This document shows positions 48,583 through 57,503 of a stretch of 64,000 bases of DNA, in pieces; positions within the stretch are counted from its first letter, which is position 1; every line of letters begins with the position of its first letter. Source of the DNA: Candidatus Xenobia bacterium (lineage in GTDB: Bacteria; Vulcanimicrobiota; Xenobia; Xenobiales; QWHO01). A program made the translations under genes and the position numbers. The stretch spans positions 32,001 to 96,000 of the forward strand of contig BTUM01000015.1 of the NCBI GenBank assembly GCA_045863235.1, written 5' to 3'. The notes under the pieces were generated by a model. It was not told the origin of the DNA. It ran no database searches and saw only the letters and a list, made by a program, of their open reading frames with translations.

Positions 48583-49143
48583 GTGAGTCTCGATCTGTTC
48601 GGATTGGTCACCAGCCTGGCCCTGCTCGTGGCGCTCGGCATGGTGCTCGGCAAGCGTCGGCGCCAGAAGGTCTCGGGCCCCTCGGCCCGGGAAATCCCGG
48701 TGCGGCGCCTCACAAGCGTCGACATCGAGCGCAGCTTTCGCCCCACCGGCAAGACCGGAGAGCTGCTCTTTGCCCGCAGCGAGGATGGCTCCAAACAGGT
48801 GACGGCACGCTGGACCGAGTACGCGGCCGAAGGCCTGACCCAGATGCTGGTCGCCTTTGTCTACCAGGGAAGGGATCTGCGCCTGAGCGAGGAGATCAGC
48901 GACACGGTGGCCAGCCCGGCCTGGACCCACAAGGCGGAGAACCTCACCCGGGTGTGCGCCACCGACGTGATCCGCGAGGTGCAGCGTTGTGGACCCTACA
49001 CCCTGCGTCTTTCGCGCGATCTGTGGATCGCCGAGCGCAAGAGTGATGCCCGCTCGGGAGAAGCAGTCGAGTCAGCCCTGGTGCGCTTCTACCTCGACGG
49101 GCGCCAGGCCACCTACGTGCGCTCGCACGCCGTCAAGAACTGA
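48583..49143 (+). CDS. Membrane-anchored hypothetical protein
   Basis: N-terminal TM followed by KRRR; beta-rich body. Confidence 0.7.
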   Translation: MSLDLFGLVTSLALLVALGMVLGKRRRQKVSGPSAREIPVRRLTSVDIERSFRPTGKTGELLFARSEDGSKQVTARWTEYAAEGLTQMLVAFVYQGRDLRLSEEISDTVASPAWTHKAENLTRVCATDVIREVQRCGPYTLRLSRDLWIAERKSDARSGEAVESALVRFYLDGRQATYVRSHAVKN

Positions 49144-49385
49144 GGGGTTACTTGCGAACGTGGGTGATGCGAATCCAAAGAGAGCCAGCAAGTTGCGGCG
49201 GAGGATAGTTGCTCATGGCTTGTCCGTCCTTTAGCTGAAGGTTGTTGCTCTCAGGATAGGTGCCATGAAGGGCGGAGGATGGGTGTGCGATGTTAACGGC
49301 TTGTTGCTAATATGAACTTCATGTAAACGATTGTCCTGCGATTCACCGCAGGGAAGACCCGGTCCATCCTGCGAAGGGACATCGA

Positions 49386-50249
49386 ATGATTCAGTACGAG
49401 CTTGGCAGCGGACAACCCTTCCTTCGCCCCCAGGCCCCCTCGGGTCGGTTTCAGTGGGCTCGCGGGGGCACCTACGCCTGGGTGAGTCGGCACGATGGGA
49501 TCGGGGGCGAGGTGCCCTTCCTGGCCGAGGTCGAGCCCTCTCGCCAGGCCTATTCGCCCTCGCCCCGGCTGCACCGGACTTTCGCGGCCCTGGCCAATCA
49601 CAATCCGGCCCGCACTCTGGAAGCCATCCAGAAGTTCGCTGATCGCTACGGTCCGCTGGGCGTGGCTCAACTCATCCCCCCCGACCCCCGGGTGGGCCGG
49701 TTCGCGCCATTTCTTCCCCGTCACGCGGGTCAGGCCCTGGCCGAGCCGCTGGGACGCTGGTGGCGCCAGGCCCGGGAGATGCGCAACCTGCTCGGGCTCC
49801 TCGAGGCGGTAGCCCATCCCGAGCGGCTCTCCCCGTTGGTGCGCTGGGGGCAGATGAGCTACCATCCGGCCGGCACCACCATCAGAGGTGAGCAGAATCG
49901 CGCCTTCCTGTGCGTGCGCCACAGCGCTTTCAAGCCCCCCGCAGAGGCCTTCAGTCTGCAGGAGACGGACTGTGACCTGATTGAGGGCGAGTTCGCCCGG
50001 CGCGACAATCTCGAGGCCGTGCTGGTCTACCTCGCCGGCCAGCTCGACACGGCCCTTTCGCAGTGGGTGGAGGTCCGGGCCAGCTTCTCTGGCGGGAAGT
50101 TGCACGTGCAGCGCTGGCCCCGCAACCTGCTGGGCTGGTTGTGGCTGGGGCTGGCCGACGAGCTGGCCGCTACCCTGCCCACCGCCCGCCCCTGCAATCG
50201 CTGCGGCTCTCTGACGATGGGGCGCGGCCATAAGTGCCTCAATCCTTGA
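49386..50249 (+). CDS. Hypothetical protein with C-terminal Zn-finger-like end (CGNR/ABATE-like)
   Basis: FADRYGPLG, PRNLLGWLW, CNRCG...HKC. Confidence 0.65.
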   Translation: MIQYELGSGQPFLRPQAPSGRFQWARGGTYAWVSRHDGIGGEVPFLAEVEPSRQAYSPSPRLHRTFAALANHNPARTLEAIQKFADRYGPLGVAQLIPPDPRVGRFAPFLPRHAGQALAEPLGRWWRQAREMRNLLGLLEAVAHPERLSPLVRWGQMSYHPAGTTIRGEQNRAFLCVRHSAFKPPAEAFSLQETDCDLIEGEFARRDNLEAVLVYLAGQLDTALSQWVEVRASFSGGKLHVQRWPRNLLGWLWLGLADELAATLPTARPCNRCGSLTMGRGHKCLNP

Positions 50250-50652
50250 GGGCAGCTGCGATCCGTTCGGCCACCTCGACCATATGGGCTTCATCGCGAT
50301 AAGGCTGGCGAGGCCAGAAGAAGCCTTTCATTCCGTCCCCCTTGCTGCGAGGAACCACGTGCACGTGCAGGTGAGGCACGCTCTGGCTGACCTTGTTGTT
50401 CAGGGCCACAAAGCTGCCCTGAGCCGAGAGCGCCGTGGGGACCACCTGGCTCAGACGACGGACCAGCCCGAACAGATCGGGTAGCTTCTCAGGAGGGAGG
50501 TCGCTCAGGGTCTCGTGATGCTCCGACGGCACCACCAGCACGTGCCCCGGAAAGAGCGGCCGGTGATCCAGGAAGGCCACCAGGCCCGAGTCTCGGTAGA
50601 CCTCCCGGGCCGCCAGGCGGCCGGCCACAATGTCACAGAAGACGCACTTCAA
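50239..50652 (-). CDS. HIT family hydrolase
   Basis: CVFC, PGHVLVVP, QSVPHLHVHVVPR. Confidence 0.95.
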   Translation of the reverse strand: MKCVFCDIVAGRLAAREVYRDSGLVAFLDHRPLFPGHVLVVPSEHHETLSDLPPEKLPDLFGLVRRLSQVVPTALSAQGSFVALNNKVSQSVPHLHVHVVPRSKGDGMKGFFWPRQPYRDEAHMVEVAERIAAALKD

Positions 50653-51293
50653 TTGGGCGAGACGCTGATGCTATCGCGCCACTTCACGTACCACTGGGCC
50701 AGCTTGAGCCACTCGGCCAGGTTGCCGCTGGCATCGGCGGCAAAGACGCGCTTTTGGAAGTCGATGAACTGGGGAGCGGTGATCACCAGGCGGCGCTGGG
50801 GCTTGCCATGGAAGCCATGAATGACCAGCCACTGCTTGTTCACGTAAAGGATGGTCAACTCTACGTCGGGTTTGCCCTCGGGATCGAGCAGCGCTTCTTG
50901 CCAGTGATGGTCGACCCGGAGAATGCGGTTGAAGGCCGGGTTCTTCAGGATGGGCATCTCAAGGGCCGCCTTCAGACATGGCTCGAGCAGATACTTGACG
51001 ATCCGATACTCCTCCTCGGCGTCGATCTTGTCGTCTGAGAAGGCCCCGGCCAGCCACTCGAGGTTCTCGCTCTGCAGGGGAATGATGACGTTGGTCTTCT
51101 TGTCCTTCAGGCCTTCATGCACCTCGAGCTTGTCGCCCTTGTGCTCGATGGTAAACTGCTCCCGGGTGTCCAGGACGTTCAGGTGGGCCCGCTTGACCAC
51201 GCCTCGGAACCACTCGACCGCGGAAGGGCGTTGGGCAACCGATTGGAGATACTCGAAATTCTTGCTCACAGTGCCGGCAAAGTTCGTAGCCAT
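50649..51293 (-). CDS. Hypothetical protein
   Basis: Coding-like codon use from MATNFAG; TTGA overlap with the HIT gene. Confidence 0.75.
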   Translation of the reverse strand: MATNFAGTVSKNFEYLQSVAQRPSAVEWFRGVVKRAHLNVLDTREQFTIEHKGDKLEVHEGLKDKKTNVIIPLQSENLEWLAGAFSDDKIDAEEEYRIVKYLLEPCLKAALEMPILKNPAFNRILRVDHHWQEALLDPEGKPDVELTILYVNKQWLVIHGFHGKPQRRLVITAPQFIDFQKRVFAADASGNLAEWLKLAQWYVKWRDSISVSPN

Positions 51294-51347
51294 CCGAGGA
51301 GAAATCCTGCGTCGGACGTCGAATCCGTCCACATGGTCCAAAGCCGC

Positions 51348-52691
51348 ATGCAGGTGCAGGCTCAGACCGTCTTGAGGCTGCTCCTGGTCGAAGACAACGA
51401 ACTGGACGCCGAGCTGGTGGTGGCCACCCTCGAGCGCTCCGGCTACGAAGTCCATGCCCACCGGGTGGATACCCTGGAAGGCCTGCGCCTGGCATGGCAT
51501 TCCGGCGGCTGGGACGCCATTTTGTTCGATCACAGCCTGCCCGGTTTCACCGGCCAGCAGGCTCTGGCACTGGTGCGCGAGAGCGGCGAAGATGTGCCCT
51601 TCCTGGTCTTGTCAGGCACCATCGGCGAGACCACCGCTGTCGAGTACATGCGGGCCGGGGCCCACGACTACCTGATGAAAGACAACCTGACCCGGCTGGG
51701 GCCGGCGCTCGAGCGCGAGCTGCAGGAGGCCCGCAACCGCCGCACCAGCCGCCTGGCCGAGCGCTCGCATCGCGAGGGACAGCTGCGTTACCAGCGCATC
51801 GTCGAGGCCGCCGCGGAAGGCATCTGGATCGTGGACCGGCGCGCCCGGGTGACCTTTGCCAACCAGAGACTGGCCGAGATTCTCGGATGCCCCGTGGAGC
51901 AACTGATTCATCGCCCGCTGTTTCGATTCGTGGCAGCCGAGTCGCGCGAGCTGGCCCGGGGGATGTTCCGCGAGCCCGGACCGGCTCCCGAGCAGTTCGA
52001 GCTGGCGCTGGAGCGGCTTGATGGTGAGGTGGTCTGGGCTCTGGTCTCGGTCAGCGGCATCCTGGACGCCGAAGACCGCTGGACGGCTACCCTTGGCATG
52101 GTCACCGACATCACCGAGCGGCGCCGGCTCGAGCAACAACTGCTGACGGCCGAGCAGGAGAAGCGCTGGTTTTACCGCGAGGTGTTGCTGGCCGTGACCC
52201 AGGGCCGATTGCACCTGTGCGAGGCCAGCGAGATACCCATGGAGGGCGAGCTGCAGCTTTCCTTGACGCTGGTGGAGCCCGAAAATTACGCTTGTCTGCG
52301 CCGGGAGATGCGGACCCTGGGCGCAAAGGTGGGCATGCCTTCGGACAGCCTGGAGGAGCTGTTGCTGGCCGCTGGTGAGGCGGTTACCAACGCCATCAAG
52401 CACGGTGTGGAAGGATGTTGCGAGGTGCGCCTGGCCGGGCAGCGCATGGTGGCGCGCATTTTCGACGGTGGTCCGGGCATCCGCCCCGAAGACCTGCCCG
52501 CCAGCATCCTCAAGCCCGGCTTCTCCACCAAGGTCTCGCTGGGCATGGGCTTCTCGCTGATGTTGGAGCTGTGCGACGTGATCTGGCTGGCTTCCGGCCC
52601 CACCGGGACGGTGGTGCAGCTGGAGAAGAACCTGTCGGCCGAAGAGCAGGAGGAGATGATGCTGGAGGCTCTGCTGGAGCGATTCAGCTGA
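51348..52691 (+). CDS. REC-PAS-HATPase (RsbT/RsbW-like) signalling protein
   Basis: REC (VEDN, FDHSLP, DYLMK), PAS (EGIW...FAN...DITER), EAVTNAIKHG, DGGPGI, GFST..LGMGF; no H-box. Confidence 0.85.
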   Translation: MQVQAQTVLRLLLVEDNELDAELVVATLERSGYEVHAHRVDTLEGLRLAWHSGGWDAILFDHSLPGFTGQQALALVRESGEDVPFLVLSGTIGETTAVEYMRAGAHDYLMKDNLTRLGPALERELQEARNRRTSRLAERSHREGQLRYQRIVEAAAEGIWIVDRRARVTFANQRLAEILGCPVEQLIHRPLFRFVAAESRELARGMFREPGPAPEQFELALERLDGEVVWALVSVSGILDAEDRWTATLGMVTDITERRRLEQQLLTAEQEKRWFYREVLLAVTQGRLHLCEASEIPMEGELQLSLTLVEPENYACLRREMRTLGAKVGMPSDSLEELLLAAGEAVTNAIKHGVEGCCEVRLAGQRMVARIFDGGPGIRPEDLPASILKPGFSTKVSLGMGFSLMLELCDVIWLASGPTGTVVQLEKNLSAEEQEEMMLEALLERFS

Positions 52692-53370
52692 GCGAGCGCC
52701 GGCGAGGGACCAGGACGCCGCCGACCCGAACTGCCGAGGGGGTCTCCTGAATCGAGCCCCCCTGGGTGCTCTGGGCGAGTGAGGACACCTCCTGGGCATG
52801 CTCGGACATGGTGACCACCTGGGCCAGCACCTTGAGCGCTTGCTCGGCTCGCTGCTCGTGGTCGCTCAGGCTGTCGAGCTGCAGGCGGGACTCGGAGAGG
52901 TAGGAGCGGGTGGTTTCGTCCAGAGGCATCCGGGAGAGGGCTTCCAGTACTGTCGTTCCGGCCGTGGCCCCGTCGAAGGGGTAAGGGGGATAGCAGGCGT
53001 TCACCATCTCGATGCCCATGCGGGCAAAGGCACTGGGGCTGGCCGCAGCCGCTGACTCCAGGGCGATGGTGGCGAGATCGCGGCGCGAGGTGGGGAACAT
53101 GGTCTTGGGAGCGGCCTGGGCCGCCACCTGAATGGCCGCCGGAGCCTCGCTCTGCCTGGCCAGGTACTCCAGCACCGCAAGTCCGGCCGCGCCCCCTTCC
53201 ACATGCGAGACAGGCGAAGGGGGAATGGCTTCCAGCAGGCTCAGGCTGAACTCCACCAGGTCCTGGCTGGTGCTCTGGCGGGCCGCCTTCTTGATGGCCG
53301 CCTGCGACTCCGGCTCGACATTCGAGCGAACCAGCCGGGTGATCGCGCGGCGCTGAACGGGATCGATCAT
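52684..53370 (-). CDS. Helical hypothetical protein with conserved C-terminal tag
   Basis: Start MIDPVQ; internal repeat EGGAAGLAVLEYL / DGATAGTTVLEAL; ends SIQETPSAVRVGGVLVPRRRSLS. Confidence 0.75.
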   Translation of the reverse strand: MIDPVQRRAITRLVRSNVEPESQAAIKKAARQSTSQDLVEFSLSLLEAIPPSPVSHVEGGAAGLAVLEYLARQSEAPAAIQVAAQAAPKTMFPTSRRDLATIALESAAAASPSAFARMGIEMVNACYPPYPFDGATAGTTVLEALSRMPLDETTRSYLSESRLQLDSLSDHEQRAEQALKVLAQVVTMSEHAQEVSSLAQSTQGGSIQETPSAVRVGGVLVPRRRSLS

Positions 53371-53386
53371 GCCTTGATTCTGGCAG

Positions 53387-54364
53387 CTACGGATGAAAGT
53401 TGCCTGAAATCGCGCAGTGGAAGGTGGCTCCCTGATCGGGACTGCCCTCGGCTTTGACGCTGCCACCATGGCGGCGCAGGATTCGCTGGACCGTGGCCAG
53501 CCCCACCCCGGTCCCAGGAAAGTCACGCTCGTGGTGCAGGCGTTGGAAGGGAGTGAACAGGCGATGGGCCTGGTCGGGAGAAAAGCCGGCCCCGTTGTCG
53601 CGTACGAAGAAACTCTCCCCGCTCCGACCGCCCAGCTCGATGCGAGGCTGCTCTCGGCGCGAGCTGAACTTGAGGGCGTTGTCGAGCAGGTGGCGCAGAG
53701 CCACCCGCAACAGGTCTCGGTCACCCTGGAGGGTGAGATCGCTTTGGATGCTCACACTGGCCGGAGCGCAACCCAGCTCGTCCACGATCTCCCGGGCCAG
53801 CGCGGTCAGATCCACCCTCTGGATGCGAAGGGGGGCCCGAGAGACCCTCGAGAGCTCGAGCAGGCTGCTGACGAGTCGTTCGAGTCGCTCCAGGCCGAGG
53901 GTCACGTTGTCGAGATACTTGCGATTCTTCTCGCTCAGCTCCTGATCGCCGGTCAGCACGAGCTGCAGGAAGCCCTCGGCCGCCCGCAGGGGGGCGCGCA
54001 GGTCGTGGGAGACCGAGTAGACGATGGACTCCAGCTCGGATTCGAGCTGCTTGACCTCGCGGGCCCTGCGGGCGAGCTCCAAGAGCAGCCCCACCCTGGT
54101 TCTCAGGATAGAAGGGTCGGCAGGCCAGGGCAAAGAGTCCGCCGCTGCGAGCTCAAAGCTTTCGGCCTGCGAGGTCAGCACCAGGATGGGTGTCAGCCCG
54201 CCCCTGCGCAGCGCAAGCGCCCGCTCGAGCATGGACGCCGGCAGCACGATGAGGTCGAATTCTCCCTCCGTTTGCGTTTCCGGGGCCAGGTCGGCGGCCA
54301 CCACCTCCAGGTCGGGCAACAGTTCTCCCAGCTCGAGGTTGCCCAGGACCAGCACACGGCTCAT
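53387..54364 (-). CDS. Cytoplasmic histidine kinase with degenerate N-terminal receiver
   Basis: YSVSHDLRAPLR, NALKF, VRDNGAGF, LFTPFQRLH, GTGVGLA. Confidence 0.92.
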   Translation of the reverse strand: MSRVLVLGNLELGELLPDLEVVAADLAPETQTEGEFDLIVLPASMLERALALRRGGLTPILVLTSQAESFELAAADSLPWPADPSILRTRVGLLLELARRAREVKQLESELESIVYSVSHDLRAPLRAAEGFLQLVLTGDQELSEKNRKYLDNVTLGLERLERLVSSLLELSRVSRAPLRIQRVDLTALAREIVDELGCAPASVSIQSDLTLQGDRDLLRVALRHLLDNALKFSSRREQPRIELGGRSGESFFVRDNGAGFSPDQAHRLFTPFQRLHHERDFPGTGVGLATVQRILRRHGGSVKAEGSPDQGATFHCAISGNFHP

Positions 54365-55422
54365 TCGGAGTAGGCGTTGTAGGCCAGCTCGGCGATCTGG
54401 GCGATGAGGGTGGAGGCCCGGTCCGAGCTGCCCCGGGCCACGTCCTTCACCAGCACCACCACCACCAGCCCGGTGCCGTCCTCCAGGCGGATGATCCCGG
54501 CGTCGTTGACCACCCCGGCGATGGTGCCGGTCTTATGGTAGACGGTCGTGCCTCGGGGCAATAGCCGGGGGATGCGGGTTTTGTACTTGCACTGGGCCAG
54601 GATGCCCAGCGCATACTCGGTCCAGCGCTTGTCCAGCAGCTCGTTCTTATACAGTCGCCCCAGAAGGTCGGCCAGGTCATCGGGCGAGGCAAGGTTGTCT
54701 ACTACCGTGGCCACGGCCACGTCGTCGGCGTAAGCGGCCTGGGCGGCGGAAGCGTTCTCGGCCGCCTGGAAGCGGCTCAGTGTCAGGCCCTGGTTCTCCT
54801 TGAGAATGCGCCCCACGGCCGCCAGACGCTGGGCGTGGTCGAGCTTGCGCCAGCGGGCGGCGATCTCGCGACCGCTCATCCCGCGCCACTCCTGACCCAT
54901 ACCCAGGGCAATCAGGTAGGCGGCCCGATTGGTCATGAACACGTCCGAGTTCTTGTAGCCCAGCTCGGTCAGCATCTTGTTCACGCTGTCCGTGCCGATG
55001 CGGTTGAAGAGCACGTCGGTGGCGGTGTTGTCCGAGATGCTCTCCATCAGCTCCACGCAGCGCTGGATCTTGACCTTGCTGCCGGCCGGCTGGTGCTGCA
55101 GCGTGCCCGAGCCGATGCACCGATCGGTCTCTTTCAAGGTGACCACCTGCTCAAGACTGAGGCCTGCTCGTCCCGCCTGAAGCTGGCGGGCCAGCTCGAG
55201 CAGCACGTGCACCTTGAAGACGCTGGCCAGGGGATAGGGCCGCGACCCGTCTACCGAGACCTTTTCGCCCGTAGCCAGGTGCACGATGGCCACCCCGGCC
55301 TTCATGCGCTGCCCCTCCTGGCTGATCAGGTAGCGCACGTCGTTGGAGAGCTTCTTCTCGCGCGGGGTCTGGGCCAGACACGGTTGCAACAAGACAAGCA
55401 GGATCACAAGCAAACGTTTCAC
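54361..55422 (-). CDS. Class A beta-lactamase-related serine hydrolase, exported
   Basis: Signal peptide; SVFK, SDN, HKTG; long insertion in the omega-loop region. Confidence 0.88.
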   Translation of the reverse strand: MKRLLVILLVLLQPCLAQTPREKKLSNDVRYLISQEGQRMKAGVAIVHLATGEKVSVDGSRPYPLASVFKVHVLLELARQLQAGRAGLSLEQVVTLKETDRCIGSGTLQHQPAGSKVKIQRCVELMESISDNTATDVLFNRIGTDSVNKMLTELGYKNSDVFMTNRAAYLIALGMGQEWRGMSGREIAARWRKLDHAQRLAAVGRILKENQGLTLSRFQAAENASAAQAAYADDVAVATVVDNLASPDDLADLLGRLYKNELLDKRWTEYALGILAQCKYKTRIPRLLPRGTTVYHKTGTIAGVVNDAGIIRLEDGTGLVVVVLVKDVARGSSDRASTLIAQIAELAYNAYSE

Positions 55423-56321
55423 GGGCCGCCCTCTTCTGGAGGCTCGCTCGAGAACCTCCATTCGGCCCGGGGCTGCTGTTTCTTGAGCCGGGCCTGGAGC
55501 TCGGGGGGAATCGGATTGCCTTCCAGGTGGACGAGCAGAAGTCGGTGGTTGGAGGCGGGCTCGAAGCCCAGCTCGCTGATGCGGTTGTTCTTGGCGATCA
55601 GAGTCTGAAGACGATCCAGCTCGCAGAAGCCGGCCGGAAGGCTTTGCAGTCGATTGTTGCTGACATTCAGCTCTTCCAGCCGGGTCAGCCTGGCAAGCTC
55701 ATCGGAGGCATCGAGCTTGTTGTCCGCCAGGTGCAGCAGCCGCAGGCTGGTCGGCAGCGCGGGAAGGCTCTGAAGCTGGTTCTGGCTCAGATAGAGCTCC
55801 TCCAGGCCGTGGGGAAGGTGATCGACGGAGCTGAGCTGGTTGTCCGAGAGATAGAGCTTGCGCAGTTTCGGCATTCGGGCCAGAACGGGGGGGATGGCGG
55901 TGAGCCGATTGGAGCGCAGGTCGAGCAGCTCGAGCTCGGTCAGCTCGGCCAGGAAGTCGGGCAGGGTGGTCAGCTCGTTCTCGCTCAGGTCCAGGCCCTT
56001 GAGAGCCTTCAGCTGTCCGACCTCAGGGGGGACCTGTTTCAGCTTGCTCTGGCTGAGCACCAGGCCGATGGCGTTGGAAGGCTCTCGCAGCGCGTCCTGA
56101 AGGCTGTGCATGGTGCGGGGGGCGTCGGAAGGCACGCCGCTGCAGCCGGACAGTTGGAGGGCGACCAGGAGCAAGATCCCAGCGAGGACAGAGGTGGTCG
56201 CGGCCCAAGAATTCCAGCGGCATAAGGTTTTCCAGTGCTGACAGGAGGGACTGAAAACTCGTTTCGACCATTGGAGCCACAGACGACTTTTGTTAACCAG
56301 ATCACGGTAGGGAACGGCCAC
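55419..56321 (-). CDS. Leucine-rich repeat lipoprotein (start uncertain)
   Basis: Lipobox LSGC; repeated LxxLxLxxNxLxxLP; nearest upstream in-frame GTG is 56321. Confidence 0.85.
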   Translation of the reverse strand: MAVPYRDLVNKSRLWLQWSKRVFSPSCQHWKTLCRWNSWAATTSVLAGILLLVALQLSGCSGVPSDAPRTMHSLQDALREPSNAIGLVLSQSKLKQVPPEVGQLKALKGLDLSENELTTLPDFLAELTELELLDLRSNRLTAIPPVLARMPKLRKLYLSDNQLSSVDHLPHGLEELYLSQNQLQSLPALPTSLRLLHLADNKLDASDELARLTRLEELNVSNNRLQSLPAGFCELDRLQTLIAKNNRISELGFEPASNHRLLLVHLEGNPIPPELQARLKKQQPRAEWRFSSEPPEEGGP

Positions 56322-56395
56322 GCATGGTATAATATGAGGTGGCCGGGTTGGAACCTCTTCCCTCCCGGTCAGACTGAAACCGGAGGACGACCGCG

Positions 56396-56530
56396 ATGAG
56401 ACTCGAGGCGATTTTCGTCGAGCTCGACTCCCTCGAGCTGCCCAACCAGGCACTCGAGGCCGCTCCTGCGGATCCGGGCCCGTGGGGACCAGCCGTCGAA
56501 GATGTCTGGTATGGACCCTATCCGGCTTGA
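56396..56530 (+). CDS. Putative 44-aa acidic small protein
   Basis: TGgTATAAT (56325-56333), GGAGG RBS; MRLEAIFVELDSLELPNQALEAAPADPGPWGPAVEDVWYGPYPA. Confidence 0.55.
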   Translation: MRLEAIFVELDSLELPNQALEAAPADPGPWGPAVEDVWYGPYPA

Positions 56531-56575
56531 ACCGCAGGCCGACTGCACGATGAGACAAACCACCATGCGGGCGCC

Positions 56576-57403
56576 TTACGGGGCGCCCGCTGCTCGTACC
56601 GAGAAGGGCTTGCGAAAGAGCTCGAGCGGATCTCCCTTCATCGTATGGGGCATCGAGATGCGCACCTCGTAGTCTCCTGGTTGCTCGGGGGCCACCATCA
56701 CCAGCTCGACGATATCTCCACTTCGCGCTGGCAGCGGCGTGAAGCCGGCCAGTCTGTCCAGAGCTGGCTCCAGGGGCTGGCCTTCTCGAAAGAGCTGGAC
56801 CTTGATCCAACCCAACCGGCGCGTTTCGAAAGTGGCGTTGTAGAGCTCCAGTCGCAAGGGCACAACCTGGCCCGCGGGAAAGGGTCCAGGAGAGAGTTTC
56901 AAAGCTACGCGGAAAGGCGGCTGGGACGGGGCGGCAGCCCGCGGGAGGGCCAGGATCTCGTAGGCTTGCAGTCCCTCGAAGGTCGGACCGGCCCTCAACC
57001 AGCGCTTACAAGACTTCAGCCCGTCTTGCATCTCGGGGCTCTGGTCCGTGGGAAGGATGAGCCAGCGGCAGCTCGGCCCGAGCAACTCCACCCGCCCCGT
57101 GGCCCAGAATGCTTTGAGCTGGTCGGGATGCAGGCGGGGAGACGGCAGCACGTCATTCTCGGGCTGACTCAGGCAGGTCTCCCCGGGTATTATCTGGCGC
57201 AGGACCCATTCCAGAGCCCGAGCCTGGGGCTGGGGAAGCCTGGCCAGCCGCTGTTCGACCTCCGAGGGGGCCACCGCCAGGTAGCCTGCCCAGGCAAGCG
57301 CGCCCAGGGCCAGCAGAAAAGCCATCCAGCGGGCCCCGCCGCGAAGGAGCAGCAGGGCCGCCAGAATCATCGCGGCAGCCGGCCAGATCATCTCTGCAGA
57401 CAT
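56576..57403 (-). CDS. Membrane-anchored hypothetical protein with C-terminal Ig-like domain
   Basis: Two N-terminal TM; V.LRLELYN...APEQPGDYEVRI. Confidence 0.7.
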   Translation of the reverse strand: MSAEMIWPAAAMILAALLLLRGGARWMAFLLALGALAWAGYLAVAPSEVEQRLARLPQPQARALEWVLRQIIPGETCLSQPENDVLPSPRLHPDQLKAFWATGRVELLGPSCRWLILPTDQSPEMQDGLKSCKRWLRAGPTFEGLQAYEILALPRAAAPSQPPFRVALKLSPGPFPAGQVVPLRLELYNATFETRRLGWIKVQLFREGQPLEPALDRLAGFTPLPARSGDIVELVMVAPEQPGDYEVRISMPHTMKGDPLELFRKPFSVRAAGAP

Positions 57404-57503
57404 TGATGAAGATCATTCGAGGAGTGTCCTGCCTGGGCGCGAACAATGAGGAAAGGCCAGTGGGCCTTTTGAACCTTGTCGGAGTGCGTCGCGTAGCAAT
57501 TCC

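Noticed and set aside
54361..55422. Bona fide antibiotic-resistance beta-lactamase
   Set aside because: Has SxxK/SDN/KTG but no clear ExxLN omega-loop motif; more likely a related serine hydrolase
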